A stretch of 64,000 nt of DNA, from IMG/VR virus record IMGVR_UViG_3300010296_000006; one strand, written 5' to 3'. Position 1 is the first letter of the stretch; each line of letters starts with the position of its first letter. The notes under the pieces were generated by a model, which did not search any database, was not told the origin of the DNA, and saw nothing but the letters and a program-made list of their open reading frames with translations. The translations under genes were made by a program, and so were the position numbers. This DNA is from an uncultured virus (IMG/VR IMGVR_UViG_3300010296_000006). Taxonomy: Duplodnaviria > Heunggongvirae > Uroviricota > Caudoviricetes. Positions 10,010 to 20,522 of this stretch are shown one piece after another.

Positions 10010-11375
10010 CAAACAACTCCTTGTACTGAGGCACAATGTCTAATATATTTTGTTTACGTATTTCATCAAGTTTTACTGTAACATCAACAAACTCTTCTAA
10101 CCATGTGTTGCCACTCCAGCACATACCTTCTGAATAATCTTCACTCATCATAAACTTAATAACACCATTTGCAATTTTTGAAAAATCTTTTTTAATCTTT
10201 TCGTCAAAATCTGTATTGTCTATCCAGTCTATGTGTTCTTGATAATAATCTGCAACTTGATCTTTAATATATTGAGGTAGAACTTTTACATTATAATATT
10301 TTGGACTATGGCACATATGATGAGAAACAATAGGACGTGAATCAGACACAGGATTAAATCTAGTTAATCCACTTTCAGTTAACTTCCATTTCATAAACTC
10401 AACAAAATGAAACACGTTCATAGGTGTAACAGTAAATGCAAACCAACCTTTAAGATTGATATTTGGATTTTGATCAATCTTTAGCATGTTTTTATAAACA
10501 CTATCAAAGTTTGCAGGAGTACGTTGATAGTTAAATACATCTCCTGTTCCATCAATACTTACACCTAATCGTACTTGTTTAAAATTTTCCCACATTTTTA
10601 TTAATCTATCAGGAACATTTGTTAGATTTGTATTATATTCTAAACGCATATCTTTTGCTGTTCCATTTGCAACAATACGTTCTAAACTTTCAAAATGTTC
10701 ATCAATGATTAAAGGTTCTCCACCTACAATGTAAAGTTTTTTTGCTTTTGCAGCATACTTTTCAAAGTTATGCCAATACATATTATTGTTTTGGAACCAA
10801 TCATACTGATCAGTATGATATTTTCCTTTATCATTTTTAACTAGTTCTATTTTTTCATGTGTATCATTATAATGAGTTCTACCAGTCAGCTTCACATGAT
10901 CTTCATACCATTTGTGGCTATCAGTTGGACCACACATACGACACTTTAAGTTACAAAAGTTACCATATCTAATATCAACAAAGTTGATATCTTGTTTTGT
11001 TACATCAAGTGTTCCATCTTCTTGAGTTATTTCTTTTGCTTTTTCATAATCAATATGATTACCAAACCAACGTTCCCAGTCTTCTTTTTCATATTCTCTA
11101 CGACTTCGAATACCATTTAACTCTTCTTGTCTACAACGTTCACACTCAGGATGCCATTCACCTTTAAGCATTGCTGCACGTACTTCTTTCAAAATAGGCG
11201 CATTACGTGCTTCATTCCAATCATCTTTACCTGCATTGTACGTAGTACCATCTTCTTTTTTCATTATACCACGTTGTGGACTATAACTGTTTGTGTTACA
11301 GCAAATACGTAAATCACCATTATTTCTTAGGTTAATACTATTCCACGGTAATGGACAGAATCTACAATCACTCAT
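9993..11375 (-). CDS. Radical SAM protein with N-terminal twitch/SPASM-like domain (family A)
   Basis: FCPLPW...ICC...CERC precedes CNLKCRMC; GGEPL; SIDG. Confidence 0.9.
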   Translation of the reverse strand: MSDCRFCPLPWNSINLRNNGDLRICCNTNSYSPQRGIMKKEDGTTYNAGKDDWNEARNAPILKEVRAAMLKGEWHPECERCRQEELNGIRSRREYEKEDWERWFGNHIDYEKAKEITQEDGTLDVTKQDINFVDIRYGNFCNLKCRMCGPTDSHKWYEDHVKLTGRTHYNDTHEKIELVKNDKGKYHTDQYDWFQNNNMYWHNFEKYAAKAKKLYIVGGEPLIIDEHFESLERIVANGTAKDMRLEYNTNLTNVPDRLIKMWENFKQVRLGVSIDGTGDVFNYQRTPANFDSVYKNMLKIDQNPNINLKGWFAFTVTPMNVFHFVEFMKWKLTESGLTRFNPVSDSRPIVSHHMCHSPKYYNVKVLPQYIKDQVADYYQEHIDWIDNTDFDEKIKKDFSKIANGVIKFMMSEDYSEGMCWSGNTWLEEFVDVTVKLDEIRKQNILDIVPQYKELFDAYNK

Positions 11376-12777
11376 AAACTATCTCCTGTAACAATGGAAA
11401 TACTTCTCCAAACTTTGTTTCCCAACCACGTTGTTTATTAATAAGTTGTAAGTATTCTCTAGTTTCAGGAAGTCTTGCACTCCAATCTTCTGCATTCATA
11501 AAACGGATTATACCTTGATATCTTTTAATCCCGTACGGTGCTGCTAAAAACTGTTCTTTTGTAACACCAGCTTCTTTAACACCTGTAAAACTTTGCCAGT
11601 TATCTTCTACCCAAGGATAAAACTCATGTTCATATTTGTTACTAATCTTTTGTTTTATATGTTTTGGTAAAACTTTTACATTAAGTTGTGGTGGCCAATA
11701 TGCAAAATGCATGTTTACACCTCCGGCTCCTAATGGCCATTTGTTTATTTTTTTAAATCCTTGGCTTACTTTCCATTGTATAAACTCAGGTATGTAACCT
11801 ATATTCAACGCCATAATCGTTGTTGCAGTTGTAACTTCAACTTGTGGTGCAGTATTGTCTAACTTGTGAAAAACTTCTTCTTGATGTTCCCATTGGCTTG
11901 GATATCTAATATAGTCATTGTGTTTGCCCGCAGCATCAATACTGTAATGAAATCTTACACGTTTAAACTCTGCCCATAAATCAAATAAATCATCTCGCCA
12001 CTCTACTGCATTACTATTGTAACGCAATTCAATCTTATTAGCATACCCTCGTTTAATACATTCTTCTAACAAATCGTAATGCTCGTCAATAATCAAACTT
12101 TCGCCGCCTGCAAAATACAACTGGTAAAGATTAGGCACTTGATCAAATAAATCTTCCCAAAATCTAGGATTATTTTTATGCCAGTTATAACTAGCACCGT
12201 GATTTCTACCTTTGTTTTCCCACTGACTTGTACCTTTTAACTTTTCGTTTTTCATATTAGGATACATTTGTTGCCATTCTTTAATCCAGCCGCTGGAATC
12301 ATGAGGACTGCACATTACACATGCTAGTTGGCACTTAGTACCCATTCGTAAATCAATATAACGTATTTTTGTAGGAATACTACCATCTTCATTTGTTTCT
12401 TGTGCGAGTTTTTCTAAATCATATCTATGTCCCCAATATTGTGTTTCCCAGTTTCTTTTGCTTAAATGACCTGCATCTTCTTCTTTATAACATTTAAGAC
12501 AACTGGCTGGTTTTTCACCACGTAGCATCATGTTCCTTACATTACGCATGTAACTACTATTCCAGGCTTCGTCTAAACTAGTGTGGTTAAAATTTGCAGG
12601 AATGCCATCATCATTTTTTACAACGCCAACTTCGCCGCCACCAATTTTATTACTACTATCAGGATCTTGTACACTACTAGCATTACTAGTACAACAGGTT
12701 CTCATTTTACCGTCTGGTCTGCTAGATAAGTGTAACCATGGCAATGCACAGAACGTAGGGGATATATTATCAGTCAT
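11368..12777 (-). CDS. Radical SAM protein (family A)
   Basis: FCALPW...TCC...CLKC; CQLACVMC; AGGES. Confidence 0.9.
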   Translation of the reverse strand: MTDNISPTFCALPWLHLSSRPDGKMRTCCTSNASSVQDPDSSNKIGGGEVGVVKNDDGIPANFNHTSLDEAWNSSYMRNVRNMMLRGEKPASCLKCYKEEDAGHLSKRNWETQYWGHRYDLEKLAQETNEDGSIPTKIRYIDLRMGTKCQLACVMCSPHDSSGWIKEWQQMYPNMKNEKLKGTSQWENKGRNHGASYNWHKNNPRFWEDLFDQVPNLYQLYFAGGESLIIDEHYDLLEECIKRGYANKIELRYNSNAVEWRDDLFDLWAEFKRVRFHYSIDAAGKHNDYIRYPSQWEHQEEVFHKLDNTAPQVEVTTATTIMALNIGYIPEFIQWKVSQGFKKINKWPLGAGGVNMHFAYWPPQLNVKVLPKHIKQKISNKYEHEFYPWVEDNWQSFTGVKEAGVTKEQFLAAPYGIKRYQGIIRFMNAEDWSARLPETREYLQLINKQRGWETKFGEVFPLLQEIVYE

Positions 12778-13912
12778 TTATTTTATTTTTTACCATTTCG
12801 TATATGTCTGGATTGATATCTTTAAACTTAATACCTTGAAAGTTATCTAAAATATCAATACTTTTTAATAAGGTTTTGTATTCCGGCTCATACTTATCAT
12901 TTGCCAACACAAGTTGATTGAAGTTAGCGCCTATGCCCTTATTCATTTTTTCTATTCTTTCATTCATTTCAAGCTGATATATCGACAAGTACTTTGGACG
13001 CTGCAAAGGATTGCACCAGAAAGATATGCCATAAGTTTCGCAAAACTTTTCTAGTTTATCTATCATATTAAAGTTAAGTATATTTATCGTTGCTGTATTA
13101 CTCAAAATTATATTTTTACTTCTTTCCTTGAGTTGTACCCATTTTTGTACATTATTTTCAATTTGCTGCCAACTTATGCCATATCTTAAACATTCGGCTA
13201 ACGATCCGACTGCATCTAGGCTAAAACTTATTTCACATTTTTTAAACATTAAAAGTTTATCTATTAGTTCTTGTTTAGGAAAAATACTTCCATTTGTGTT
13301 TATGAATAAAGATACTTTACTCATATCACAACTATTATACAGTTTTTCAAAAAACTTGTCAAGATGTTTAGCATAAAATGGTTCACCTCCAATAAGCCTT
13401 ATACTTTCTATACTTGACAAATCGGTTTTGTTCCAAACATCGATAAACTTGTTTTGATATTGCTTGTATGTTACGTTTGTTCTATTTGTAAATAAATCAA
13501 TATCATTTTTTGCAAAATCATTTATAACACTTTTTGCACTGCCCCATTTACTACTAGCAGCTGGACCACACATCCTGCACATCATATTACATGTGTAATC
13601 AATACTTATTTCTAGTTCAACAGTTGAGCCTGTATCCTGTGTTAGGATATTATTATCGACAAGATAGTTTCCATATTGTCGCCTACTTTCACGACCAGCT
13701 TCTTCATCTTCTTTACACATCCAGCAACCAGTTGGCCACTTGTCTTCATTTAAAGTCTTTTGAATATATTTAAAATGATTGCTATTAGATACTTCGTCTA
13801 GATTTTCAACTTCATACAAATACGGAGTATCTCCTGTATACTTACAACATGGCAAAATTTTGCCATCCATGTCTACCATACTTCTTCCATTATATGCATA
13901 AAAACAATTCAT
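12770..13912 (-). CDS. Radical SAM protein (family A); start revised to ATG 13912
   Basis: MNCFY...PCC...CWMC; CNMMCRMC; GGEPF; TNGS. Confidence 0.87.
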   Translation of the reverse strand: MNCFYAYNGRSMVDMDGKILPCCKYTGDTPYLYEVENLDEVSNSNHFKYIQKTLNEDKWPTGCWMCKEDEEAGRESRRQYGNYLVDNNILTQDTGSTVELEISIDYTCNMMCRMCGPAASSKWGSAKSVINDFAKNDIDLFTNRTNVTYKQYQNKFIDVWNKTDLSSIESIRLIGGEPFYAKHLDKFFEKLYNSCDMSKVSLFINTNGSIFPKQELIDKLLMFKKCEISFSLDAVGSLAECLRYGISWQQIENNVQKWVQLKERSKNIILSNTATINILNFNMIDKLEKFCETYGISFWCNPLQRPKYLSIYQLEMNERIEKMNKGIGANFNQLVLANDKYEPEYKTLLKSIDILDNFQGIKFKDINPDIYEMVKNKIND

Positions 13913-15039
13913 ACTTTCTCCAACATATAACTTGCCCATGGATACCTATCTAAAAACTTTTCATTACATTTATAGTCCCAAATAGTAAGTGCATAAAGTT
14001 TTAAGTCTTTACAATCTTTTATTGTAGGTTGTGTTGTTTCGTACATTACTTTTTTTTGAAATGCGTACCAACGTCTATTAGCATTTACAAGATTCATCTT
14101 TGCAAACGATTTATAAAAATCTTCTCTTATACTTTCTGGAATAAATCTAAAGTTCATAAAATTAAAATTTTCTACTTCATTATAGTGTACCATTGCTTTT
14201 GGAAACTGATTAGCCCAGTCAAAAAAGTTATGTATATCTAAATAGTTTAAAATTCCAACACATGGATTAATACTTACATTACATTTACTATTATAAAACT
14301 TAATAAAGTTTTTTTCTATTGTATTCCATTTACTAGGGTATCGTTGATATTCCAATGTATCTTTAATGCCATCAATACTACAACACAACCACGAAGTTTT
14401 AAACTTTTCTAATGCATTTAATATCCTAGGTTTTGCAGATGTTACATTTGTAATAAACTCTATTTCTAAATCTGTTTTGCCCAGTTCAACTAATTTCACC
14501 AAAAACTCTTCAACTTCGGGCATTATAAAAGGTTCACCGCCGGCAAATCTTATTTTTTCTAAATCTGGTAAATCTAAAATAAGTTCAAAAAGTTTACTTT
14601 GATCAGGAACTTTTGATGGCATATTTTCAACCAAAGGTGTATGTATGCCTTTGCTTTTTAACTCTAATCCTAGTTTTACTAACTGATCAGTTTCTTGAGG
14701 TTGACACATTTTGCATTGTAGATTACATTTATTGCTTAGTCTAATATCAACAAACTTTATGCTAGGCGTAGTTTCTTTCCTTATATCGTCAAAACGCCAA
14801 CTATGATTATATTTGTCTTCGGCAATCCAGCAGTTTTCACACAACTTGTGTCTTATGCCATTGTCTAAACTTTCTCGAACTTCATTAAAAATATTATGAT
14901 TTTTATAATATGTATTTAAATCAGAAACATCGGTCCAGTCTACCTTAAAGTTATCTATATCTGTTTGCATACAGCACTGAGTAATATTGCCAGTATTGAA
15001 GTACAGACTGTTATATGTTTTTGGACAATGTAAAGACAT
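13909..15039 (-). CDS. Radical SAM protein (family A); start revised to ATG 15039
   Basis: HCPK...QCC...CENC; CNLQCKMC; GGEPF; TAAGTA motif 4 nt before this ATG. Confidence 0.87.
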   Translation of the reverse strand: MSLHCPKTYNSLYFNTGNITQCCMQTDIDNFKVDWTDVSDLNTYYKNHNIFNEVRESLDNGIRHKLCENCWIAEDKYNHSWRFDDIRKETTPSIKFVDIRLSNKCNLQCKMCQPQETDQLVKLGLELKSKGIHTPLVENMPSKVPDQSKLFELILDLPDLEKIRFAGGEPFIMPEVEEFLVKLVELGKTDLEIEFITNVTSAKPRILNALEKFKTSWLCCSIDGIKDTLEYQRYPSKWNTIEKNFIKFYNSKCNVSINPCVGILNYLDIHNFFDWANQFPKAMVHYNEVENFNFMNFRFIPESIREDFYKSFAKMNLVNANRRWYAFQKKVMYETTQPTIKDCKDLKLYALTIWDYKCNEKFLDRYPWASYMLEKV

Positions 15040-15046
15040 ACAGTAC

Positions 15047-16126
15047 TTATTTAAACTGCTCTCCAAACGGATCAAACTCGATACCACATTTCATACTACA
15101 AACTTTAAGTTTTCCATTACTACAACCTTTAGTATTCCAACTTGCTTCAATGTTGTCAAATATTCCTGTGTCAAATACTGCACGTAGTCCGTGTTTTTTA
15201 GCACTGATTGCATCTTTGCCGCCAGCTGTATCTATAAAATCCCATATTTGTTCTACTTTTGGATCAGGATTCCACCATTTGTACATACGTCCAGCAGTCC
15301 AACAACACGGCATGGCAAGTCCTTCTGCTGTTATAAACAAGTTGCCTTCGTCTTTTACTTTACATTTTATAGGTACTACATCATAGTATGCATCCATGCT
15401 ACCGTACTTTTCTAGTAGAGCATCTTGTTTACTTAATGCTTTGTTAAGATATTTTTCATCGGGCTTTTTTAATTCGGCAGTTTTGTTGCCTTTTTTGTCA
15501 ACTGCTTGGTGCGATTCTTTCTTTTCAGTTTTAGCAGTAACAAATCTACCTGTTTTCTTTGCTTGGAACTTTTCAAAACCCCATTGGTTAGCTAACTCTT
15601 CTGCTTGTTCAACTTGATGTTGATTGTGTTCAAATATTAAGAAGTCCCAACGTGCTCTGCCACCAGCAGCAATAAAACTGTGCATTGCTCTTTCTACATT
15701 GTCCCAGACAACACCCTGCCTGTATAAATGATTAGTGTCCCTAAGACCGTCAACGCTGAAAATAACAGTACCCATCCTGCCAAAGACTTTGGCCAATTCA
15801 CTCCACCACGCTTCATCTCTTGCTCCTGCATTTGTGTTCATAGAAAGCCAAATGTCTTTGTTGTGCTCTCTAAAGTATTTAAATATTTCAAGTGTGTCTC
15901 GTGCAACAATAGGATCACCCAAGTTACCACACATGTACATTGTTTTTAGTTGTGCAATAAACTCAGGCTCAAATATACGTTTACAATCTTCTAGTGTAAG
16001 TTCGCTTAAATCTATGTGCGGATTTACAGCGCCACCGTTTTGATTGCGATCACACATAGGACAACTGGCTTGACAGTTTTGTGTATTTTCTAAATGAATT
16101 GTTGTTATATTTTCATATTTGTACAT
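15047..16126 (-). CDS. Radical SAM protein (family B)
   Basis: LENTQNCQASCPMCDR; CGNLGDP; FSVDGLRDTNHLYR; PCCW...CSMKCG. Confidence 0.9.
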   Translation of the reverse strand: MYKYENITTIHLENTQNCQASCPMCDRNQNGGAVNPHIDLSELTLEDCKRIFEPEFIAQLKTMYMCGNLGDPIVARDTLEIFKYFREHNKDIWLSMNTNAGARDEAWWSELAKVFGRMGTVIFSVDGLRDTNHLYRQGVVWDNVERAMHSFIAAGGRARWDFLIFEHNQHQVEQAEELANQWGFEKFQAKKTGRFVTAKTEKKESHQAVDKKGNKTAELKKPDEKYLNKALSKQDALLEKYGSMDAYYDVVPIKCKVKDEGNLFITAEGLAMPCCWTAGRMYKWWNPDPKVEQIWDFIDTAGGKDAISAKKHGLRAVFDTGIFDNIEASWNTKGCSNGKLKVCSMKCGIEFDPFGEQFK

Positions 16127-16778
16127 TGTTTTCGATCCAATCCGTTAACTTATCAAATACTATTTTATGATATTCTACAGGCATATGATTAGCCAACATA
16201 TCATATACCTCAATTTTATCCGGCAGTGGATATATATCTTTCATTGTTTTAGAAAAAATGTGTAAGTTAGGATTTAGTTTTAAATTTTCTGTATTGGGTT
16301 TATTAAAACAATATATTACAAGAACTTTTTTAAATCTAGGTGCCCACATGTTAATCATTCCAAGATTTTTTTGCTGTTCTAACATGCCCCACAAAGGTGA
16401 TAAACTAAGCATCCATCGTTTACAAAATTTTTTATAGTGTCTGTATTTCTTTTTTAACTGAGATACTTCTTTTTCTCCACTTAAAAACTGATTTGCTACT
16501 ATTTCTGTTGTTAAGAATTGATGCTCAGGATCTGTCCAAAATGAAAAGTTTTGTCTTTTTTGTGAAGAAACAAAAAATAGTACTGTTACATCTTTTGTAT
16601 CTATGTCTGCTTTTTCATAGGCAATAAACATTTGTTCCAATGACCAATCTACGCCGGTTCCGCCAATCGCATAATTTTTAACATCATAATATTTTTCTAG
16701 CATGATAGGCCAACTGTTTTCAAATTGTGGAAGACGACTAGCATAACTATCTCCAAATATCCAAATTTTTTCATTCAT
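16113..16778 (-). CDS. SGNH/GDSL-like protein
   Basis: IFGDSY; NYAIGGTG; C-terminal NH. Confidence 0.5.
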   Translation of the reverse strand: MNEKIWIFGDSYASRLPQFENSWPIMLEKYYDVKNYAIGGTGVDWSLEQMFIAYEKADIDTKDVTVLFFVSSQKRQNFSFWTDPEHQFLTTEIVANQFLSGEKEVSQLKKKYRHYKKFCKRWMLSLSPLWGMLEQQKNLGMINMWAPRFKKVLVIYCFNKPNTENLKLNPNLHIFSKTMKDIYPLPDKIEVYDMLANHMPVEYHKIVFDKLTDWIENNVQI

Positions 16779-16992
16779 CTTGTAACAACTTTACATCTTT
16801 TCCTGGGCCCGTCTTACTAGGCAAATCACCATACTCATTAATATACCATTCGATCACAGCTTTATACCATTTTTGACTATCATGGTGTGCTTCTTTATTA
16901 AACTGCCAAATATTATTATTAGTAGCTTGCATTGTACTCAGTGCTCTTGCACTTTCTTTTTGTAACTCTCTTAAACTTAAATCGTTAATCAT
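16771..16992 (-). CDS. Small hypothetical protein (73 aa)
   Basis: ORF overlaps both neighbours, consistent with translational coupling. Confidence 0.65.
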   Translation of the reverse strand: MINDLSLRELQKESARALSTMQATNNNIWQFNKEAHHDSQKWYKAVIEWYINEYGDLPSKTGPGKDVKLLQDE

Positions 16993-17942
16993 AGACGTCC
17001 AATCAACATAAATCTTTTGTAGCCAGGTAGTTCGAGTTCGCCTGCATATTCTAATCTACTCATAGGAAATCTTTTTTGCATATGATCTATACTATGAACA
17101 CATTCAACATGATCTTCGTGATCAAACAAGTTATTCGTCTGTATGACAAAGAGCGGATCAGAAGGCAATGGTCTATATTTAAATTTGTAATACCATATGT
17201 GATCCATATGTTCAGCACTTGTATTAATAATCAAATCTGGTACAGTTTTTTCTTTATAACTATTTTCTTTTTTGTAGTTTTTTACTTCATATTCTACACC
17301 TGTTCTACTTAACCAAGGCATAATAGTTTCAGGATTTTGATCATCATCACGCAAAGGTAAATCTAGTTCAGCAGACTTAACTTTATAATCTCCTATTAAA
17401 TCTAGATTAAAAACATAATCGCTTATTTCACATGCTGTTTTATCAATATCAAAAACTCTCATTTTATCAAAACTAATACCAGCATTTTCTAAATAAAGTC
17501 TTGTTTGGCCAAACCATCCTGCATGAACGTGTATCATGTCAAACTTTTTTTGTATTTTTGATAACTCTTGTGTCATCCATATTTTGCTTTTTACTTGTCC
17601 TCTGCTGAATGCATCGGCAAGATGTTTCATATTGTAATCTTTTCTGCCATATTTGTGAAATATATCTAGTAACTTAACATTAGGTAAACGCTTACGCATT
17701 ACACTAACTGTTTCTACAAAATCAATATCTTCGTTTTCTAACAACTTAAAATAAAAGTTAAACCTTGAAAGTTTTTCAGTTGCATCTCCTGCATCGGATA
17801 GACAAAGATTTTTTACACTATTTGCTTTGTTATCACTAAAATATACTGAAATCAACTGATCTACAAATAACTTTGCAAGATAATCATTTTCAAAATCTAA
17901 ATAATCTTGAAGTCCATATAACCAACTAGGTGGTTGCATCAA
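16989..17942 (-). CDS. Methyltransferase-fold protein (paralog of 37222)
   Basis: GQVKSKIW; HAGWFG; FDID; INTSAEH; IQTNN. Confidence 0.55.
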   Translation of the reverse strand: MMQPPSWLYGLQDYLDFENDYLAKLFVDQLISVYFSDNKANSVKNLCLSDAGDATEKLSRFNFYFKLLENEDIDFVETVSVMRKRLPNVKLLDIFHKYGRKDYNMKHLADAFSRGQVKSKIWMTQELSKIQKKFDMIHVHAGWFGQTRLYLENAGISFDKMRVFDIDKTACEISDYVFNLDLIGDYKVKSAELDLPLRDDDQNPETIMPWLSRTGVEYEVKNYKKENSYKEKTVPDLIINTSAEHMDHIWYYKFKYRPLPSDPLFVIQTNNLFDHEDHVECVHSIDHMQKRFPMSRLEYAGELELPGYKRFMLIGRL

Positions 17943-20448
17943 ACTGCTCCTTTAGCCAATCAAAGTCATTGATTTTCCTCAATGCTTGTATATTATTTTT
18001 ATTATTACTTCCGTATTCTTGTCCTGCTTTAGCACCTTCAATTGCATAAGATCCAAACTTTCTATCGGCACCTATATTTGTCCAAGTCCATAATCTTTCA
18101 TCGGTTTCTTTGTCTTGCTGTCTATCAATAACTTTTGAAGACAACTTGCAACATTCTCTAAATGCACTTTTCCATGTTTCAAATGGATCGGTATTAAAAG
18201 CAGTTAATACACTCATTTCGCCTACAGCTTTAAACTTGTCACTAATGCTAGTTGTCATGTCAGGTTTACTTGTATCCATATTTATTGTTAGTTCTGTTGG
18301 AAATAGTTTGACTCCTCCGTAACCATATACCAAATCATTTACAGGATTAACACTACGCCAAACATGAACAGTATCTTTATCCCATTGCGCACATTGGTAA
18401 TCAAACTTAAACTCATCTAATATAATAGCATCGCCGTCAACAATCCAAAACATATGAGTATCAACAAGTTTAGCACCTTCAATATGAGCTTGGTGAATAC
18501 CTTTTACTCCATGTACTCTTTTTGCACGAGGAAAACGATTAAGCAATCTTTGATAGTTTTGATCAGCAAGTTTTTCTTTATAACTTATAAACACAATATC
18601 ATATGGTTTTGGAGTACTAATAATAATAGGAACTTCTTTTTTAGCTGATATAAACTTGTAATCAAACTCTCTTTTGCTAAACTTTGCTTTCTTACTGCAT
18701 AGAACTATACCATCATAGTATTTTCCATTAAGATATGCATGGTTTATTTCTCTATTATAGGTTTCATCATGCGTAAAATATGTATCATATTTAAATCTGT
18801 CTGTTGTATTAACATAATCAGGTATAATCCAAAACATTTCAGTTTTTGAAGTTTTAAGTGCTTCTAAGTAATCGTCATATGTTTTTGGTTTGAATATTTC
18901 ATACTTAACTGGGCCGCTTGCTTCAATATCCCATTCCTTTGCATTAACTAAAAATCTATGTTCTATTTCTTTTTTTGTTACCGGAACATGTTTACTTAAC
19001 AAAAATAATCCGTTACGTTTATCTTTGCAATGTAAGAAGTTATGATTAGTTTTTCTGTCATATTCGTTATTGTGTGTAAAATACAAATCAGGAATGTTTG
19101 CAGTAATATTTGCACTACTCATCCAAAACATTTCTGTTTTACTGTTATCTAAAGCGTACAGATACTCTTCATAAGTATCAACTTCAAATATGTCATATTG
19201 CTTTTTTACACTACCAACTATATTCCATTGTTTTGCATTGACTAAAAATCTGTGTTCAACTTCACGCTGTGTTAGGGGACGATGCTTGCTGCAAAGGAAC
19301 AATCCGTTATACAAATCTTCTCCTTGCACCCTGTGTATAAATGCATGATTTTGTTTTCTATCATACTCGTTGTCGTGTGTGAAATAAACATCAGGTATAG
19401 TAGCTGAAATGTTAGCACTACTCATCCAAAACATTTCTGTAACACTATTCTCCAAAGCATCAAGATATTGATCATATGTATCAATTTCAAACACATTGTA
19501 TACTACAGCATTACTTGCTTCAATATTCCATTCCTTTGCATTAACTAAAAATCTATGTTCTATTTCACGTTGTGTAACTTGAACGTGTTTACTAAACAAA
19601 AATAGTCCGTTACGTTTATCTTTACAATGTAAGAAGTTATGATTGGTTTTTCTATCATATTCATTATCATGAGCAAAATGCAAACTTGGTATTTTGCTAG
19701 AAATGTTGTTGCTATCTCCCCAAAACATTTCAGTTTCACTAGTTTTCAAAGCAAATAAATAATCATCATACGAATCTATTTTAAATACATCATAAACAGT
19801 TTGTGTGCTACCAACTACATCACTATGTTCGATACGATTTACTAAAAATCTATGTTCTATTTCTTTGTGTGTAGCAATAGATTTTTTGCTGCACAAAAAC
19901 AAACCATTATAATCACCATATTCAGTGATCCATGCATGATTTTGTGATCGTAACTGCGATTCATGATGTGTAATATAATAACTGTTAACCAGTTCTTTGT
20001 TGTGTTTTATATTTTTTGTACTAATCCAAAACAAATCGGTTGTACTGTTTTCAACTGCTTGTAAATATTGATCATAAGTGTCTACATAAAATAAATCAAA
20101 TGGCTTAGGTTTACTTGCAACAATATCAACTTCTTTCCTATTTACAAAAAATCTGTGTTTTAGTTCTTTGTCAGATATTTCACGAGATTTTGGAACTAAC
20201 GATACACCATCATAATGCAAGCCATTTTTAAAAACGTGTACAAAATCTTTACTCCAGTCATCAACAATATAGTCAAACTGAAAATCATTGTCTATTACAA
20301 TATCATCAAAAACTATGTAATAGAAATCTGTCAAAGAAAGTTCTTTAGCTTGCTTTATATTAGAAGCAAACTTCAATAAAGGCAAACGTTGTTTTATTTC
20401 TTTGTAATATTTGGTTTTTTGATCAGAAATATATATGATATCGTACAT
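17926..20448 (-). CDS. Large protein with tandem ~100-aa repeats and C-terminal GT-A-like domain; start revised to ATG 20448
   Basis: C-terminal YDIVFISY...AKRVHGVKG...AH...IVDGD is homologous to the 51635 protein; five internal repeats; consensus promoter just upstream of ATG 20448. Confidence 0.75.
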   Translation of the reverse strand: MYDIIYISDQKTKYYKEIKQRLPLLKFASNIKQAKELSLTDFYYIVFDDIVIDNDFQFDYIVDDWSKDFVHVFKNGLHYDGVSLVPKSREISDKELKHRFFVNRKEVDIVASKPKPFDLFYVDTYDQYLQAVENSTTDLFWISTKNIKHNKELVNSYYITHHESQLRSQNHAWITEYGDYNGLFLCSKKSIATHKEIEHRFLVNRIEHSDVVGSTQTVYDVFKIDSYDDYLFALKTSETEMFWGDSNNISSKIPSLHFAHDNEYDRKTNHNFLHCKDKRNGLFLFSKHVQVTQREIEHRFLVNAKEWNIEASNAVVYNVFEIDTYDQYLDALENSVTEMFWMSSANISATIPDVYFTHDNEYDRKQNHAFIHRVQGEDLYNGLFLCSKHRPLTQREVEHRFLVNAKQWNIVGSVKKQYDIFEVDTYEEYLYALDNSKTEMFWMSSANITANIPDLYFTHNNEYDRKTNHNFLHCKDKRNGLFLLSKHVPVTKKEIEHRFLVNAKEWDIEASGPVKYEIFKPKTYDDYLEALKTSKTEMFWIIPDYVNTTDRFKYDTYFTHDETYNREINHAYLNGKYYDGIVLCSKKAKFSKREFDYKFISAKKEVPIIISTPKPYDIVFISYKEKLADQNYQRLLNRFPRAKRVHGVKGIHQAHIEGAKLVDTHMFWIVDGDAIILDEFKFDYQCAQWDKDTVHVWRSVNPVNDLVYGYGGVKLFPTELTINMDTSKPDMTTSISDKFKAVGEMSVLTAFNTDPFETWKSAFRECCKLSSKVIDRQQDKETDERLWTWTNIGADRKFGSYAIEGAKAGQEYGSNNKNNIQALRKINDFDWLKEQFDATT
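18610..20105 (-). repeat. Five intragenic tandem repeats of about 300 nt (about 100 aa)
   Basis: Unit consensus (Y/F)DxFxxDTYxxYLxALxxSxTEMFW...YxxHxxxYxRxxNHxF...GxxLxSK...ExEHRFLVNAKEW. Near-identical DNA ccattcctttgcattaactaaaaatctatgttctatttc occurs near 18931 and 19528. Confidence 0.88.
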
Positions 20449-20455
20449 TGTTTTT

Positions 20456-20484
20456 ATTATATAGCAAATAAGAAAGGCTGTCAA
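20456..20484 (-). promoter_or_regulatory. sigma70-type promoter
   Basis: TTGACA-17 nt-TATAAT, 7 nt before ATG 20448. Confidence 0.78.
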
Positions 20485-20498
20485 TATTTATGTAAGGA

Positions 20499-20522
20499 TA
20501 AATATGTTATAAGGAGATTTCT
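20499..20522 (+). promoter_or_regulatory. Late-promoter-like TAAATA plus Shine-Dalgarno AAGGAG
   Basis: gaTAAATAtgttatAAGGAGatttctATG. Confidence 0.55.

Noticed and set aside
16771..16992. RiPP precursor peptide for the rSAM/SPASM enzymes
   Set aside because: It has no leader/core pattern, no Cys or repeated core, and looks like a small helical protein. No PqqD/RRE, peptidase or exporter was seen nearby.
18610..20105. CRISPR array or diversity-generating retroelement repeats
   Set aside because: The repeats are ~300-nt in-frame coding units without spacers, and no cas or reverse transcriptase gene is present.
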